Positions 18,408-27,245 of a stretch of DNA of 64,000 nucleotides are shown one piece after another; the stretch's first letter is position 1, and the number at the start of each line of letters is the position of its first letter. The position numbers were made by a program, and so were the translations under genes. The DNA lies in assembly GCA_001785445.1 (NCBI GenBank), contig MFTV01000016.1:6259-70258 (forward strand), in the 5' to 3' direction. The notes beneath the pieces are model-generated. The model had not been told where the DNA came from, did no database searches, and saw nothing but the letters and a program-made list of their open reading frames with translations. The stretch is from Candidatus Nomurabacteria bacterium RIFCSPHIGHO2_02_40_30. Lineage in GTDB: Bacteria > Patescibacteriota > Minisyncoccia > Phycocordibacterales > UBA9973.

Positions 18408-18974
18408 ATGAAAAAAGAAATCATCACTATTTGCGGAGGGCTCGGCAGTGGCAAGTCCAGCACGGCGAAGAAAGTTGCGCAAACTTTAGGCTATAAGCAT
18501 TTCTCTTCCGGAGACTTTTTTCGAGAAGTGGGGCTGAAGCTTGGGCTGTCAGTCAACGAAGTCAACATACGAGCCGAGACTGACCCCAGAATAGATGAAA
18601 TGACTGACCAGAAACTGCGCGACATGGGCAAAGAAAATAAAGTTGTCATAGATTCTCGCACTGCCTACCACTGGATACCAGAATCTTTTAAAGTTTATCT
18701 TGACTTGCCGACAGAAATAGCCAAGGGAAGAATCTTAAATAGTGTCAAGGCGGATAAATTACGCGAGCAGTCCGAGCAAGTATCAACTAGTGAAGAAGTC
18801 TTTCAAAAAATGCATGAACGGTTCCAAAGCGAGCAAAAGAGATATTGGGATTTATATAAAATAAATAATACTGACAAAAACCAATTTGACCTCGTAGTAG
18901 ACACAAACAAAAACAATCTTGAGCAAGTTGTCGCTATCGTCGTATCAGAATACAAAAAGTGGAGAGAAAAATAA
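18408..18974 (+). CDS. cmk: Cytidylate kinase family protein
   Basis: ITICGGLGSGKSSTAKKVAQTLGY P-loop. Start trimmed from the over-extended ORF 18267. Confidence 0.75.
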   Translation: MKKEIITICGGLGSGKSSTAKKVAQTLGYKHFSSGDFFREVGLKLGLSVNEVNIRAETDPRIDEMTDQKLRDMGKENKVVIDSRTAYHWIPESFKVYLDLPTEIAKGRILNSVKADKLREQSEQVSTSEEVFQKMHERFQSEQKRYWDLYKINNTDKNQFDLVVDTNKNNLEQVVAIVVSEYKKWREK

Positions 18975-19016
18975 TATGTTTCAATCAAAAATACTTTTGA
19001 ACAACTTCTAACTTCT

Positions 19017-19050
19017 GTCGTGAAATCACGCATATGCGTGATTTCACGAC
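19017..19050. repeat. 34-bp perfect palindrome P1 (GTCGTGAAATCACGCATATGCGTGATTTCACGAC)
   Basis: Perfect inverted symmetry, checked base by base. 37 bp downstream of the PaaX-like gene stop. Confidence 0.9.
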
Positions 19051-19087
19051 TATATCACACCATTAAAAACATACATATTACTACTTC

Positions 19088-19621
19088 CTACAAACCAAAG
19101 TAAGTCTTTAATTTCTTGTCGTCCAAAATTTTATCCACCTCCAAAATTTCTATGTGTCTACGAACTCCGAAAAAGTCAGCCACAAAGAGTATCTCCCCTT
19201 CGCATGGATACGGATAGATCCATGCGCTTTTTTGGAATTTGAAAAAGCCTAGATCTTTTAGTTTCCATCTAAATGCATCGCGCGCTTTTTTAAATCTAAT
19301 AGGCAGGTCATACATTACTAAACTCCATTTTCCGTCCCATTTCTTTGGATTTTTTATCATAACCTCATCAATCAAAATATCCTGCAATTTATTTTCGCCT
19401 TTTGGGGTAAGCACGTTTGTATTTTCCCCTGCTACATGCCTTATAAATCTATAGCGCCTAAATCCATAGAGAATCCGTCTAGCCTCCCGGCTTTCATGCA
19501 AATGGGGCGGTAACTTTTCTCCAAGCGCAATAGAACAAAGAATGCTTTGCGCCAAATTTATCCCCTCGCCTCCAGCGCTAAACAATTTCTTAAGTTTTAT
19601 GACATGTTTTCGTTCAACCAT
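19088..19621 (-). CDS. PaaX-family-like small regulator (wHTH plus WDGKW middle domain; Cas2/VapD-like motif V-MYD...Q-S-W)
   Basis: 177 aa. KKWDGKWSLVMYDLP...FQKSAWIYPYP resembles the PaaX middle region. Paralog of 39042-39446. Confidence 0.5.
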   Translation of the reverse strand: MVERKHVIKLKKLFSAGGEGINLAQSILCSIALGEKLPPHLHESREARRILYGFRRYRFIRHVAGENTNVLTPKGENKLQDILIDEVMIKNPKKWDGKWSLVMYDLPIRFKKARDAFRWKLKDLGFFKFQKSAWIYPYPCEGEILFVADFFGVRRHIEILEVDKILDDKKLKTYFGL

Positions 19622-19628
19622 ATGTATG

Positions 19629-19660
19629 TAGTGAATTCTAGCATATGCGTGATTTCACTA
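19629..19660. repeat. Imperfect palindrome P2 (shares 18-bp GCATATGCGTGATTTCAC with P1)
   Basis: Located 8 bp upstream of the PaaX-like start codon. Likely operator or cassette boundary. Confidence 0.8.
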
Positions 19661-19775
19661 CAAGAGAAAATGGAACGCAGATGAAGAGAGATTAATTTTT
19701 ATTGAAAATAGAAAAAGGTGTCGGCAACCTTTTTCAGATTACGCAACACCTTTGATATTTCTGCCGAATTTTTCT

Positions 19776-20009
19776 TCAGTGAACTGATACTAACTCGTCA
19801 GCTTTAACTTGAATGCGTTCACCTTGATAGGAGATCAAGACTCTTACGTGATGGCTAGAATATCCACAAAAGAAGCCCACGCAGACTGCTCTGGTTTTTG
19901 ATGCCTTGCTATACACCAAAAATTTTCTGATTCCTTCAGCAGTAGCTAAGGAAAAGGTAGTGCCCTTTTTTAGAAGCTTGAATTGTACATTCTTTGTTTT
20001 GCCTGCCAT
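19776..20009 (-). CDS. Hypothetical small protein (77-87 aa)
   Basis: ORF overlapping or abutting the stop of 20015-20431, suggesting translational coupling. No recognisable family. Confidence 0.4.
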   Translation of the reverse strand: MAGKTKNVQFKLLKKGTTFSLATAEGIRKFLVYSKASKTRAVCVGFFCGYSSHHVRVLISYQGERIQVKADELVSVH

Positions 20010-20014
20010 TTTGC

Positions 20015-20431
20015 CTACTCCTTCAAAATTTTGATGCACCGATCAAGTTTGCCGAGAGATGCCTTCATGTCACAAGAATCCATGATCTGTTTTCGAATGA
20101 ACTCTAAGATCTCATGAGCAAGAAAGTTCCAAGATTTTCGATTAGTCGATTCATTTTGATCATTATAGTGGTGAACAGAACCCCACCCATCTTTTAAAAA
20201 TATAAACATGTGTCCATCATGGGGTCCCAGGAGGCCCTGATATTCGAACAGGATGAATGGGTACCCCTGTTTTGTAGAATCATTGATTCTGGACCACATT
20301 CCAAATTCTGCCATGAATTGAACAACTTGAGTCAAAAACCCATCGCGCAGCTCATGAATCGCCTTTTTGCTATTGGCAATGTCACTAGAAAATGCTGATG
20401 GTACATCAAAAGCAACTTGTCTTGTTTCCAT
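20015..20431 (-). CDS. Hypothetical protein (138 aa), visibly GC-richer than surroundings
   Basis: Clean ORF, divergent from the TrmB-like gene. No recognisable motifs. Confidence 0.45.
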   Translation of the reverse strand: METRQVAFDVPSAFSSDIANSKKAIHELRDGFLTQVVQFMAEFGMWSRINDSTKQGYPFILFEYQGLLGPHDGHMFIFLKDGWGSVHHYNDQNESTNRKSWNFLAHEILEFIRKQIMDSCDMKASLGKLDRCIKILKE

Positions 20432-20594
20432 TGTCAGTCTCCTTTTTTTGGATAAAATCTTTGTTTTCTCAAGGAACTTTTATAAGACCCTAACATATTA
20501 GAAGCTAATTGTCAAGAAATTTTACCAATTTAATTTATTTCTAGCCATATATAATCAGGTTAAAAAGATATCTACATAATTTTGTTATATTTTA

Positions 20595-20623
20595 TTGACA
20601 CAAAACGAGTGTTGGTATATAAT
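20595..20623 (+). promoter_or_regulatory. Consensus sigma70 promoter TTGACA-17 nt-TATAAT
   Basis: Exact consensus hexamers with a 17-nt spacer, ending about 9 nt before the ATG at 20632. Confidence 0.7.
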
Positions 20624-20631
20624 GGCTAAAT

Positions 20632-21414
20632 ATGAAGGAACAATTAATAAAAATCAAAGAATTATTGAAAAATAGTGGTTTTTTAGACAAAGAAATAGCT
20701 ATATATTTGACTATTTTGGAACTTGGCAGAGGCACTGTGGCAGAGATATCTCGAAAAGCAGGCATTAATCGCTCGACTGGCTATGTGATTTTAGACAGTT
20801 TGGCTGGCAAGAACTTAGTAAGTATTTCCGGCAAAGAACCGAAGCAAGAATATGTAGCCCTTTCCCCTTCCAACCTTGTTGAGTACTTAAATAGGGAAGC
20901 ATCCAAACAAAAAAAGCTCACAGAAAGTGCAAGAGAGATTTTGCCAGAGCTGACTTCTATATACAATGTCGGAGACAGACCAAAAGTATTTTTTTACGAA
21001 GGTCTCGCTGGACTAGAACATGTGTATGAAGACTCGCTAACATCAAGTGGAGATATTTATTCCACTTCCACATATGAGGAAATGCACGAGACTCTGCCAA
21101 AATATTTTTCTACCTATTATGAACGCAGAGCCAAGAAAAAAATTTTCGTTCACACCTTTGTGGCTGATACTCCGCTCGCCCGAGAAAGAAAAGCGAACGA
21201 CATAAAAGAGTATCGCGATACTTCTCTCATTCCGCAAGATCAATTCCCTGTCCCAACTGACATAGAAATATATAACAATAAAGTTATGATTGCTTCCTGG
21301 AAAGAAAAGCTTGGCATCATAATTGAATCAGAAGAAATTGCCACAACCTTAAGAAGCGTATTCAAACTCGCTCTAATTGAAGCAAAGAAACACGATAAAA
21401 TTTTAGAGAATTAG
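20632..21414 (+). CDS. TrmB-family transcriptional regulator
   Basis: N-terminal wHTH (LTILELGRGTVAEISRKAGINRSTGYVILDSLAGKNLV) and a TrmB-type C-terminal domain. 260 aa. Confidence 0.7.
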   Translation: MKEQLIKIKELLKNSGFLDKEIAIYLTILELGRGTVAEISRKAGINRSTGYVILDSLAGKNLVSISGKEPKQEYVALSPSNLVEYLNREASKQKKLTESAREILPELTSIYNVGDRPKVFFYEGLAGLEHVYEDSLTSSGDIYSTSTYEEMHETLPKYFSTYYERRAKKKIFVHTFVADTPLARERKANDIKEYRDTSLIPQDQFPVPTDIEIYNNKVMIASWKEKLGIIIESEEIATTLRSVFKLALIEAKKHDKILEN

Positions 21415-21447
21415 TCGTGAATTTTCGCATATGCGAAAATTCACGAC
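21414..21447. repeat. 34-bp perfect palindrome P3 (GTCGTGAATTTTCGCATATGCGAAAATTCACGAC)
   Basis: Same outer arms and CATATGCG core as P1. Inner positions differ but remain self-complementary. Overlaps the TrmB stop codon. Confidence 0.9.
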
Positions 21448-21472
21448 AAGGGCTAAAGAAAAAAGCACAATT

Positions 21473-22744
21473 TTAGTACTCCCTCATGGAGACTTGGGCG
21501 TCGATTTTTTTGATGAGGTCGAGGACGACGGAGACAACAATGAGGATGGACGTACCGCCTATTGCCAGAGATGCTATTCCTGTAGCGTATTGCATAATAA
21601 GCGGCAAGACAGCGATGAAGCCGAGGAAAACTGCGCCTAGAAGCGTGATGCGAGAGAGAACATTGGAAATATAGCTAGAAGTCGGCACTCCAGGGCGAAT
21701 CCCTGGAATGAAGGCGCCATTTTTCTGCAAATTTGTAGACAATGCTTCGGGGTCGAAGGTGACAGCTGTATAGAAGTAAGTAAAAAGAAATACAAGAATA
21801 AAATAGAGCACGGCATATAGAATTGATGTCTGATTGAATAAGGTAAATATTTGAGAAATTTTCAGGAGAATAGCATTGCTGAATCGCCCGAGGAAAGCGC
21901 CAATCATTTGCGGAAAAGAAAGAATAGAGAGAGCGAATATTATCGGTATCACTCCGGCTTGGTTTACGCGTAGTGGCAGATAGGTTGAGCCACCGCCGTA
22001 CATCTTCATGCCCCGCACCCGCTTGGCATAGGTGACAGGGATAGGGCGTTCAGCTTCAGTTACCAAAACAATGCCGGCGATAACCAGCACCCCCACTACA
22101 GCAAATACTAGGTAAAGCGGAATTTGAGAAACATCGAAAGTGAAAACAAGCTGGCTGACTTCTGCCGGAAGTCTAGAAACAATGCCGGCAAAAATTATAA
22201 GCGATACGCCATTGCCGATGCCAAATTCCGACATAAGCTCGCCAAGCCACATTACAACTACTGACCCTGCGACCACGATGAATAAGTTGGTAATGCGGTC
22301 AAAAGTTGTTAAATTTACTAAAATACTTTGGTTCTCAAGAATAGCCAGAAGAGTAAAGCCTTGAATAGCGGCAAGTGGTATGGTTAAAAGTCTGGAATAT
22401 TGAGTAAACTTTTTCCTGCCAGCTGCGCCCTCTTCATGGTAAATCTTCTTTAAGCTTGGGACCATAATAGTCAGAAGCTGCATGATTATTGAGCCGGTAA
22501 TATATGGTCCGACACCAAGCATGATTATAGATAAATTGGAAAGTCCGCCGCCGGAAAATATATTTAAAATGCCAAAGAATTGGTTATTGGATAGGAAACG
22601 ATTAAGTTCGAGCGTATCAATGCTTGGGATCGGAATAGTGGAGAGCAGTCTGAATATTATCAACGAAAAAAGCACAAAGAGAACTCTCTTCCTTAGAGTC
22701 GTATCTGTCCAAACTAATTTCAGTTTATTTAAAAAATTCTGCAT
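21473..22744 (-). CDS. secY: Preprotein translocase SecY
   Basis: 10-TM SecY, 423 aa. Confidence 0.95.
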   Translation of the reverse strand: MQNFLNKLKLVWTDTTLRKRVLFVLFSLIIFRLLSTIPIPSIDTLELNRFLSNNQFFGILNIFSGGGLSNLSIIMLGVGPYITGSIIMQLLTIMVPSLKKIYHEEGAAGRKKFTQYSRLLTIPLAAIQGFTLLAILENQSILVNLTTFDRITNLFIVVAGSVVVMWLGELMSEFGIGNGVSLIIFAGIVSRLPAEVSQLVFTFDVSQIPLYLVFAVVGVLVIAGIVLVTEAERPIPVTYAKRVRGMKMYGGGSTYLPLRVNQAGVIPIIFALSILSFPQMIGAFLGRFSNAILLKISQIFTLFNQTSILYAVLYFILVFLFTYFYTAVTFDPEALSTNLQKNGAFIPGIRPGVPTSSYISNVLSRITLLGAVFLGFIAVLPLIMQYATGIASLAIGGTSILIVVSVVLDLIKKIDAQVSMREY

Positions 22745-23059
22745 TTATTTTATGATTATATGCCTGCCTTTTATGCCGAGACGCTTGCGAATTTCAGAAA
22801 ATTTTTCTCGCTGGCCTTTTTCTCCGGCTATGATTTTACTTACCGTCAAAATAAAGGGTTTCTTTTTTGACTTAAAACTATAGCCACGATTCTTCGGCAA
22901 TTTCTTTATGATATCACGAAGTTCCGGACGGCGCTTATTGCCGGCGCGCGCTGTCTGCCCCTTGCCTCCGCGGCCGGAAGTCTTCGCATGCTTGCCTCCG
23001 CGACCTACCAGCCGGTCTTTTTTATTCTTGTGTTGTCTCTTTAATTTATGTATTTGCAT
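22745..23059 (-). CDS. rplO: 50S ribosomal protein L15 (short form)
   Basis: GRGGKHAKTSGRGGKGQ Gly/Arg-rich N-terminus. Sits between S5 and secY. Confidence 0.8.
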   Translation of the reverse strand: MQIHKLKRQHKNKKDRLVGRGGKHAKTSGRGGKGQTARAGNKRRPELRDIIKKLPKNRGYSFKSKKKPFILTVSKIIAGEKGQREKFSEIRKRLGIKGRHIIIK

Positions 23060-23060
23060 T

Positions 23061-23639
23061 TTATTTTTCTTCTTCGACTAAGGCTTTCGGTAAAACGACC
23101 TCTTTGGTATCAATAACAATTGCTTCCGCAGGAATTTTTCCGGATTTTGTTGAAATGACGGAAAGCGCTTGCATTACTGCTTTAGAATTATTTAATTTAT
23201 TTTTACTGTTGGATAAAATTTTTCCGGTAATATCTTTCATGCCGGAGAGTTTGATAATATCACGAACAACCGACCCCGCCACCAAGCCTCGACCTTTGTT
23301 GGGCAAAAGCTTCACATAGGAACTTGAGAATTTAGCAGAAAGTTCATGAGGGATAGACATAGTCTTGGTTAGGTTTAATTTAACCATATTTTTCTTAGCA
23401 TTTCGTACAGCCTTATTTATGGCTAATGCCGTGTCCCCCGCTTTCCCAAGCCCAAGTCCGATGCGTCCCTTTTTGTCTCCGGCGACCAGTGCCACAGAGA
23501 AAGAGAATCTACGCCCGCCAGCCACCACTCGAGTTACTCGGCGAATATTTAGAATCTTCTGGTCAAACTCTGATTTCACTCTGCCAAAAGAGGAGCCTTT
23601 TCTATTATTCTTTTTTTCGTTTGCCTTTTCCATATACAA
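23061..23639 (-). CDS. rpsE: 30S ribosomal protein S5
   Basis: RRVTRVVAGGRRFSFSVALVAGDKKGRIGLGLGKA. Confidence 0.9.
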   Translation of the reverse strand: MYMEKANEKKNNRKGSSFGRVKSEFDQKILNIRRVTRVVAGGRRFSFSVALVAGDKKGRIGLGLGKAGDTALAINKAVRNAKKNMVKLNLTKTMSIPHELSAKFSSSYVKLLPNKGRGLVAGSVVRDIIKLSGMKDITGKILSNSKNKLNNSKAVMQALSVISTKSGKIPAEAIVIDTKEVVLPKALVEEEK

Positions 23640-23652
23640 AATAAATTATTAA

Positions 23653-23994
23653 CTAAAATTGAAGTCCTCCGGCTCTTGCCTCGTCCGCTAGTAATTTTAT
23701 TCTTCCGGTGTATTTAAATCCATTGCGGTCAAAAACAACTTTACTAACCTTTATCGCCTTGCAAGCCTCGCTAATCATCTGCCCCACTTCCTTGGCTCTG
23801 GCAGTCTTGGTGCCAGATTTTGCCTTTATATCACTCGCTTCTGCTAGAGTCTTGCCTGTAAGGTCATCAACGATCTGGGCGTAAATAAATTTATTAGAGC
23901 GAAAAACTGTGAGCCTTGGGCGCTCTTTTGTGCCTCTGATTTTCACTCTTATCTTAGCCTTCAGTCTTATTCTTTTTTCGTTTTTCTTTTGCAT
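23653..23994 (-). CDS. rplR: 50S ribosomal protein L18
   Basis: RPRLTVFRSNKFIYAQIVDD. Confidence 0.9.
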   Translation of the reverse strand: MQKKNEKRIRLKAKIRVKIRGTKERPRLTVFRSNKFIYAQIVDDLTGKTLAEASDIKAKSGTKTARAKEVGQMISEACKAIKVSKVVFDRNGFKYTGRIKLLADEARAGGLQF

Positions 23995-24007
23995 TTTTGT
24001 TTAAAAA

Positions 24008-24571
24008 TTACGCAGTCTTTTTACCCTGTTTACGTCTGATAACTTCTCCTTCATAACGCATTCCTTTACCCTTATATGGCTCCGGCTTCTTGAGAGCTCG
24101 AATAGCCGCTGTAAAGCTCCCTACTAATTCTTTATCAGCTCCGGAAATTGTAATAATATTCTTTTCCGCAGTTGCTGTAATACCTGCTGGGATAGACACT
24201 ATAACTGGGTGAGAAAATCCTAATGCGAAATGAAGCTCTTTCCCTTTGACGTCAGATTTGAATCCGACTCCTTCGAGGATTAATTTCTTTTGATATGGTG
24301 TCTCTACCCCCGCAATCATGTTTTTTATATGTGAAGCATAAGTGCCCCAGAGAGATTTAGAAAATTTGTCATTTCTCTTTATATTCAAATTCACAGCCTT
24401 GCCTGCCCCGTCCTTGGCGGGGTCAGTGATAGCGATAGTGATGTCATCTTTAAAAACTTTGGAGAGGGTGCCCTTGGGACCGGCAACGGTAACTGTGTTA
24501 CCAAAAGAAGACGCACTTTGGGTGACTTTGACTCCGGTCGGTATTAATATTTCTTGTTTGCCTATTCTGCT
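24008..24571 (-). CDS. rplF: 50S ribosomal protein L6
   Basis: MSRIGKQEILIPTGVKV...; start trimmed to this Met. Confidence 0.9.
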   Translation of the reverse strand, partial: SRIGKQEILIPTGVKVTQSASSFGNTVTVAGPKGTLSKVFKDDITIAITDPAKDGAGKAVNLNIKRNDKFSKSLWGTYASHIKNMIAGVETPYQKKLILEGVGFKSDVKGKELHFALGFSHPVIVSIPAGITATAEKNIITISGADKELVGSFTAAIRALKKPEPYKGKGMRYEGEVIRRKQGKKTA

Positions 24572-24594
24572 CATAAATTTTTTGTATATTGAAA

Positions 24595-24981
24595 TTACCA
24601 AAGTCTGAATAATGCTTCACCGCCGACTTGTTCCTTGCGGGCATCTTTGCCGGATAAAATACCTTTCGGCGTTGAAAGAACCAACAACCCCGAGCCATTT
24701 CTAACGCTATGAATATCTTTGACCCTGAAATAAATTCTTTTTGATTGTTTGGAAATTCTTTCGACTTCCGTTATTTTTGGATTTTTGTCCACATATACAA
24801 GACCTACTTCCAATATTGGCTGGTCCTTTTTAACTTTTTTAGCAACACTAGAAACATATCCTTCTTTTTTTAAAGTTTCAGCAATGGCTTCTTTCATTTT
24901 AGAATACGGAAAAGTCACAGACTCTTTGGAGGCGAGTGAGCCATTCTTCATTATTATTAACATGTTTGAAATTGAATCCAT
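24595..24981 (-). CDS. rpsH: 30S ribosomal protein S8
   Basis: MDSISNMLIIMKNG, 128 aa. Confidence 0.9.
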   Translation of the reverse strand: MDSISNMLIIMKNGSLASKESVTFPYSKMKEAIAETLKKEGYVSSVAKKVKKDQPILEVGLVYVDKNPKITEVERISKQSKRIYFRVKDIHSVRNGSGLLVLSTPKGILSGKDARKEQVGGEALFRLW

Positions 24982-24996
24982 GGTGAGTTTTACGAA

Positions 24997-25182
24997 CTAC
25001 CAGCTTGATTTACGAACACCTGGAAGCATTCCTTCATTGGCCAACTCTCTAAAGCAAATACGACAGATGCCGAAGTCTCGCATAAAAGCATTCCCTCGAC
25101 CACAGCGAAAACATCTGTTTTTCTGCCGAGTGGAAAATTTAGGTTTTTTTAAAGCTCTTGCTTTTACTGATGTTTTAGCCAT
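24997..25182 (-). CDS. rpsZ: 30S ribosomal protein S14 type Z (zinc-binding)
   Basis: 61 aa with CxxC...CxxC. Confidence 0.9.
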   Translation of the reverse strand: MAKTSVKARALKKPKFSTRQKNRCFRCGRGNAFMRDFGICRICFRELANEGMLPGVRKSSW

Positions 25183-25327
25183 AAATAAAATATCGCCTTA
25201 TGTAGATGATATCGTGTATTTTTTCTTAAAATCTCGTAGGAACATACTGATAGACCTTAAGGAGAAACACAGATCAAGCCACTTTTAGGCTTTTTTATAC
25301 TAGCAAAATAAGCACTCATAGTCAATA

Positions 25328-25915
25328 CTATTTTTTCTTACTATCTTCCTCTATTTTAAACGGAATACCCAGAATTTCAAAAAAAGCTGTGCCTTCTTTT
25401 TTATTTTTTGCTGAAGAAACGAGAGTAATGGCTAGGCCGAAAACATCTCGTATGTCTTCGTCTGCGGTTTCTGGGAAAATTGTATGTTCTTTGATACCGA
25501 TAGTTAAGTTGCCAATATTATCTACTGCACCACGACTAATCCCGCGGAAGTCTTTGGTGCGAGGCAGAGCCACATTTATGAGCTTCTCTAGGAAAGTATA
25601 CATTCTACTCCCACGCAAAGTTACCACCACGCCGATAGGGTCGCCCTTTCTGGTTTTAAAAGATGCCACCGACTGCTTGGCGCCTCGTAAGGCTCCTTTT
25701 TGACCGGTAATTTTAGCTAGGCGTAGAGCAATAGCGTCATTCTTGTTTTTATCTTTTTTCATTGCCGTGCCCGTGCCGACATTTACCACGATCTTCTTCA
25801 TTCTGGGTGCAGCAAAAGCATTCTTGTAATGAAACTCCGAGCTTAGTGCCCCAGTAGAGTTTTTCATTTTCTCATATGCCTCTTTTTCTTTTTCTTTTAC
25901 AGTTAAATGTTTCAT
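25328..25915 (-). CDS. rplE: 50S ribosomal protein L5
   Basis: KIVVNVGTGTA...FRGISRGA. Confidence 0.9.
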   Translation of the reverse strand: MKHLTVKEKEKEAYEKMKNSTGALSSEFHYKNAFAAPRMKKIVVNVGTGTAMKKDKNKNDAIALRLAKITGQKGALRGAKQSVASFKTRKGDPIGVVVTLRGSRMYTFLEKLINVALPRTKDFRGISRGAVDNIGNLTIGIKEHTIFPETADEDIRDVFGLAITLVSSAKNKKEGTAFFEILGIPFKIEEDSKKK

Positions 25916-25922
25916 ATATTAT

Positions 25923-26141
25923 TTATTCCGCTTTTTTAACATTGGAAGCATGTATGGGCATAGCTACGTTTATCATAGACCCTTTCTCTCCGGACTTCCT
26001 TGGACGCTGGTGTTTTTTGCTCATATTTATTCCTTCAATAATAACTTTATTCAAAGATACTAAAACACGGACAATTTTGCCTTTTTTGCCTTTGTCTTTC
26101 CCTGCGATTACTATTACATTATCTCCTTTTTTTACTTTCAT
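25923..26141 (-). CDS. rplX: 50S ribosomal protein L24
   Basis: MKVKKGDNVIVIAGKDKGKKGKI KOW motif. Confidence 0.9.
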   Translation of the reverse strand: MKVKKGDNVIVIAGKDKGKKGKIVRVLVSLNKVIIEGINMSKKHQRPRKSGEKGSMINVAMPIHASNVKKAE

Positions 26142-26153
26142 ATTTTTAAAAAA

Positions 26154-26525
26154 TTAAATCACTTCCTGCGCTAAAGAAATTATCTTTTGAAAACCTTTCT
26201 CCGCAAGTTCTCTTGGTATCGGCCCGAAGACACGCCCAGCCTTTGGGTCTTTTTTACCTTTCTCTAATATGACTACCGCATTGTCGTCGAAACGAATATA
26301 CGAGCCGTCTTTTCGGCGGTAAGCGCCTCTGGTGCGGACCACCACTGCCTGATGTACATCTTTCTTTTTGACTCCTTTTCGAGGACTTGCCACTTTGACT
26401 GAAATAATAACCAGCTCGCCCAAAGTCGCATATCTCTTTTTGGAAGAACCTAAAATCTTAAACACCTTCCCCACGGTGCCTCCAGCATTGTCTGTTATTT
26501 TTACTAATGTCTCGTTTTGTATCAT
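26154..26525 (-). CDS. rplN: 50S ribosomal protein L14
   Basis: MIQNETLVKITDNAGG. Confidence 0.95.
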   Translation of the reverse strand: MIQNETLVKITDNAGGTVGKVFKILGSSKKRYATLGELVIISVKVASPRKGVKKKDVHQAVVVRTRGAYRRKDGSYIRFDDNAVVILEKGKKDPKAGRVFGPIPRELAEKGFQKIISLAQEVI

Positions 26526-26529
26526 AAAT

Positions 26530-26787
26530 TTAAACTACCTTAAATCTTTTATCTTTTGAAATCGGCTTAGTTTCTACTATTTCCACATTGTCGCCTGTTT
26601 TGTATTTATTCTCTTCGTCATGCGCTTTGTACTTCTTGCTGACTTTATAAAATTTACCATATAGCGGATGCTTGATAAATCTTGAAACAGAAACGACTAC
26701 TGTCTTATCCATCTTATCTGAAACCACTATGCCTTTTAGTGTGTTGCTTTTACTTTTCAATATTTCTTTTTTTATTTTTGCTGTCAT
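26530..26787 (-). CDS. rpsQ: 30S ribosomal protein S17
   Basis: 85 aa, [14 protein letters not shown]. Confidence 0.9.
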   Translation of the reverse strand: MTAKIKKEILKSKSNTLKGIVVSDKMDKTVVVSVSRFIKHPLYGKFYKVSKKYKAHDEENKYKTGDNVEIVETKPISKDKRFKVV

Positions 26788-26793
26788 GTATTT

Positions 26794-27222
26794 TTATTGT
26801 TTGTGGGCTCTCGACATAATTCTGGTTTTAATTGGTAGTTTAGACCCGGCTTTTCGGAGAGCTTCATGAGCTATTTTTTCGTCCACCCCATCCACTTCGA
26901 AGATAATACGTCCCGGAAAAACATCGAAGCAATATCCTTGCGGGTCACCCTTGCCTTTTCCCATTCCGACTTCTGCAGCTTTGGCGGTAAAAGGTCGGTC
27001 CGGAAAAATGCGAATCCAATATTTACCGGCTTTAGTCAAAGTGCGAGAGATAACTTTTCTGGCAGATTCAATTTGGGTTGATTTCACGCGGGCTTGTGAC
27101 TCGGACTTCAAGCCATAAGAACCAAAGGAAAGCTTAGAGCCTCGAGTGTCCGGCGTAAAAGACTTTGGATTGCTGCGTCCTGTTTGCCATTTTCTAAATT
27201 TTACTTTTTTCGGTATTAACAT
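26794..27222 (-). CDS. rplP: 50S ribosomal protein L16
   Basis: MLIPKKVKFRKWQTG. Confidence 0.95.
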   Translation of the reverse strand: MLIPKKVKFRKWQTGRSNPKSFTPDTRGSKLSFGSYGLKSESQARVKSTQIESARKVISRTLTKAGKYWIRIFPDRPFTAKAAEVGMGKGKGDPQGYCFDVFPGRIIFEVDGVDEKIAHEALRKAGSKLPIKTRIMSRAHKQ

Positions 27223-27245
27223 ATGATTAACATAAGAATAATTCT

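Noticed and set aside
19017-21447. CRISPR array interpretation of the CATATGCG palindromes
   Set aside because: Only a few copies, with irregular spacing of 0.4-1.8 kb and genes between them. No repeat-spacer periodicity and no cas genes.
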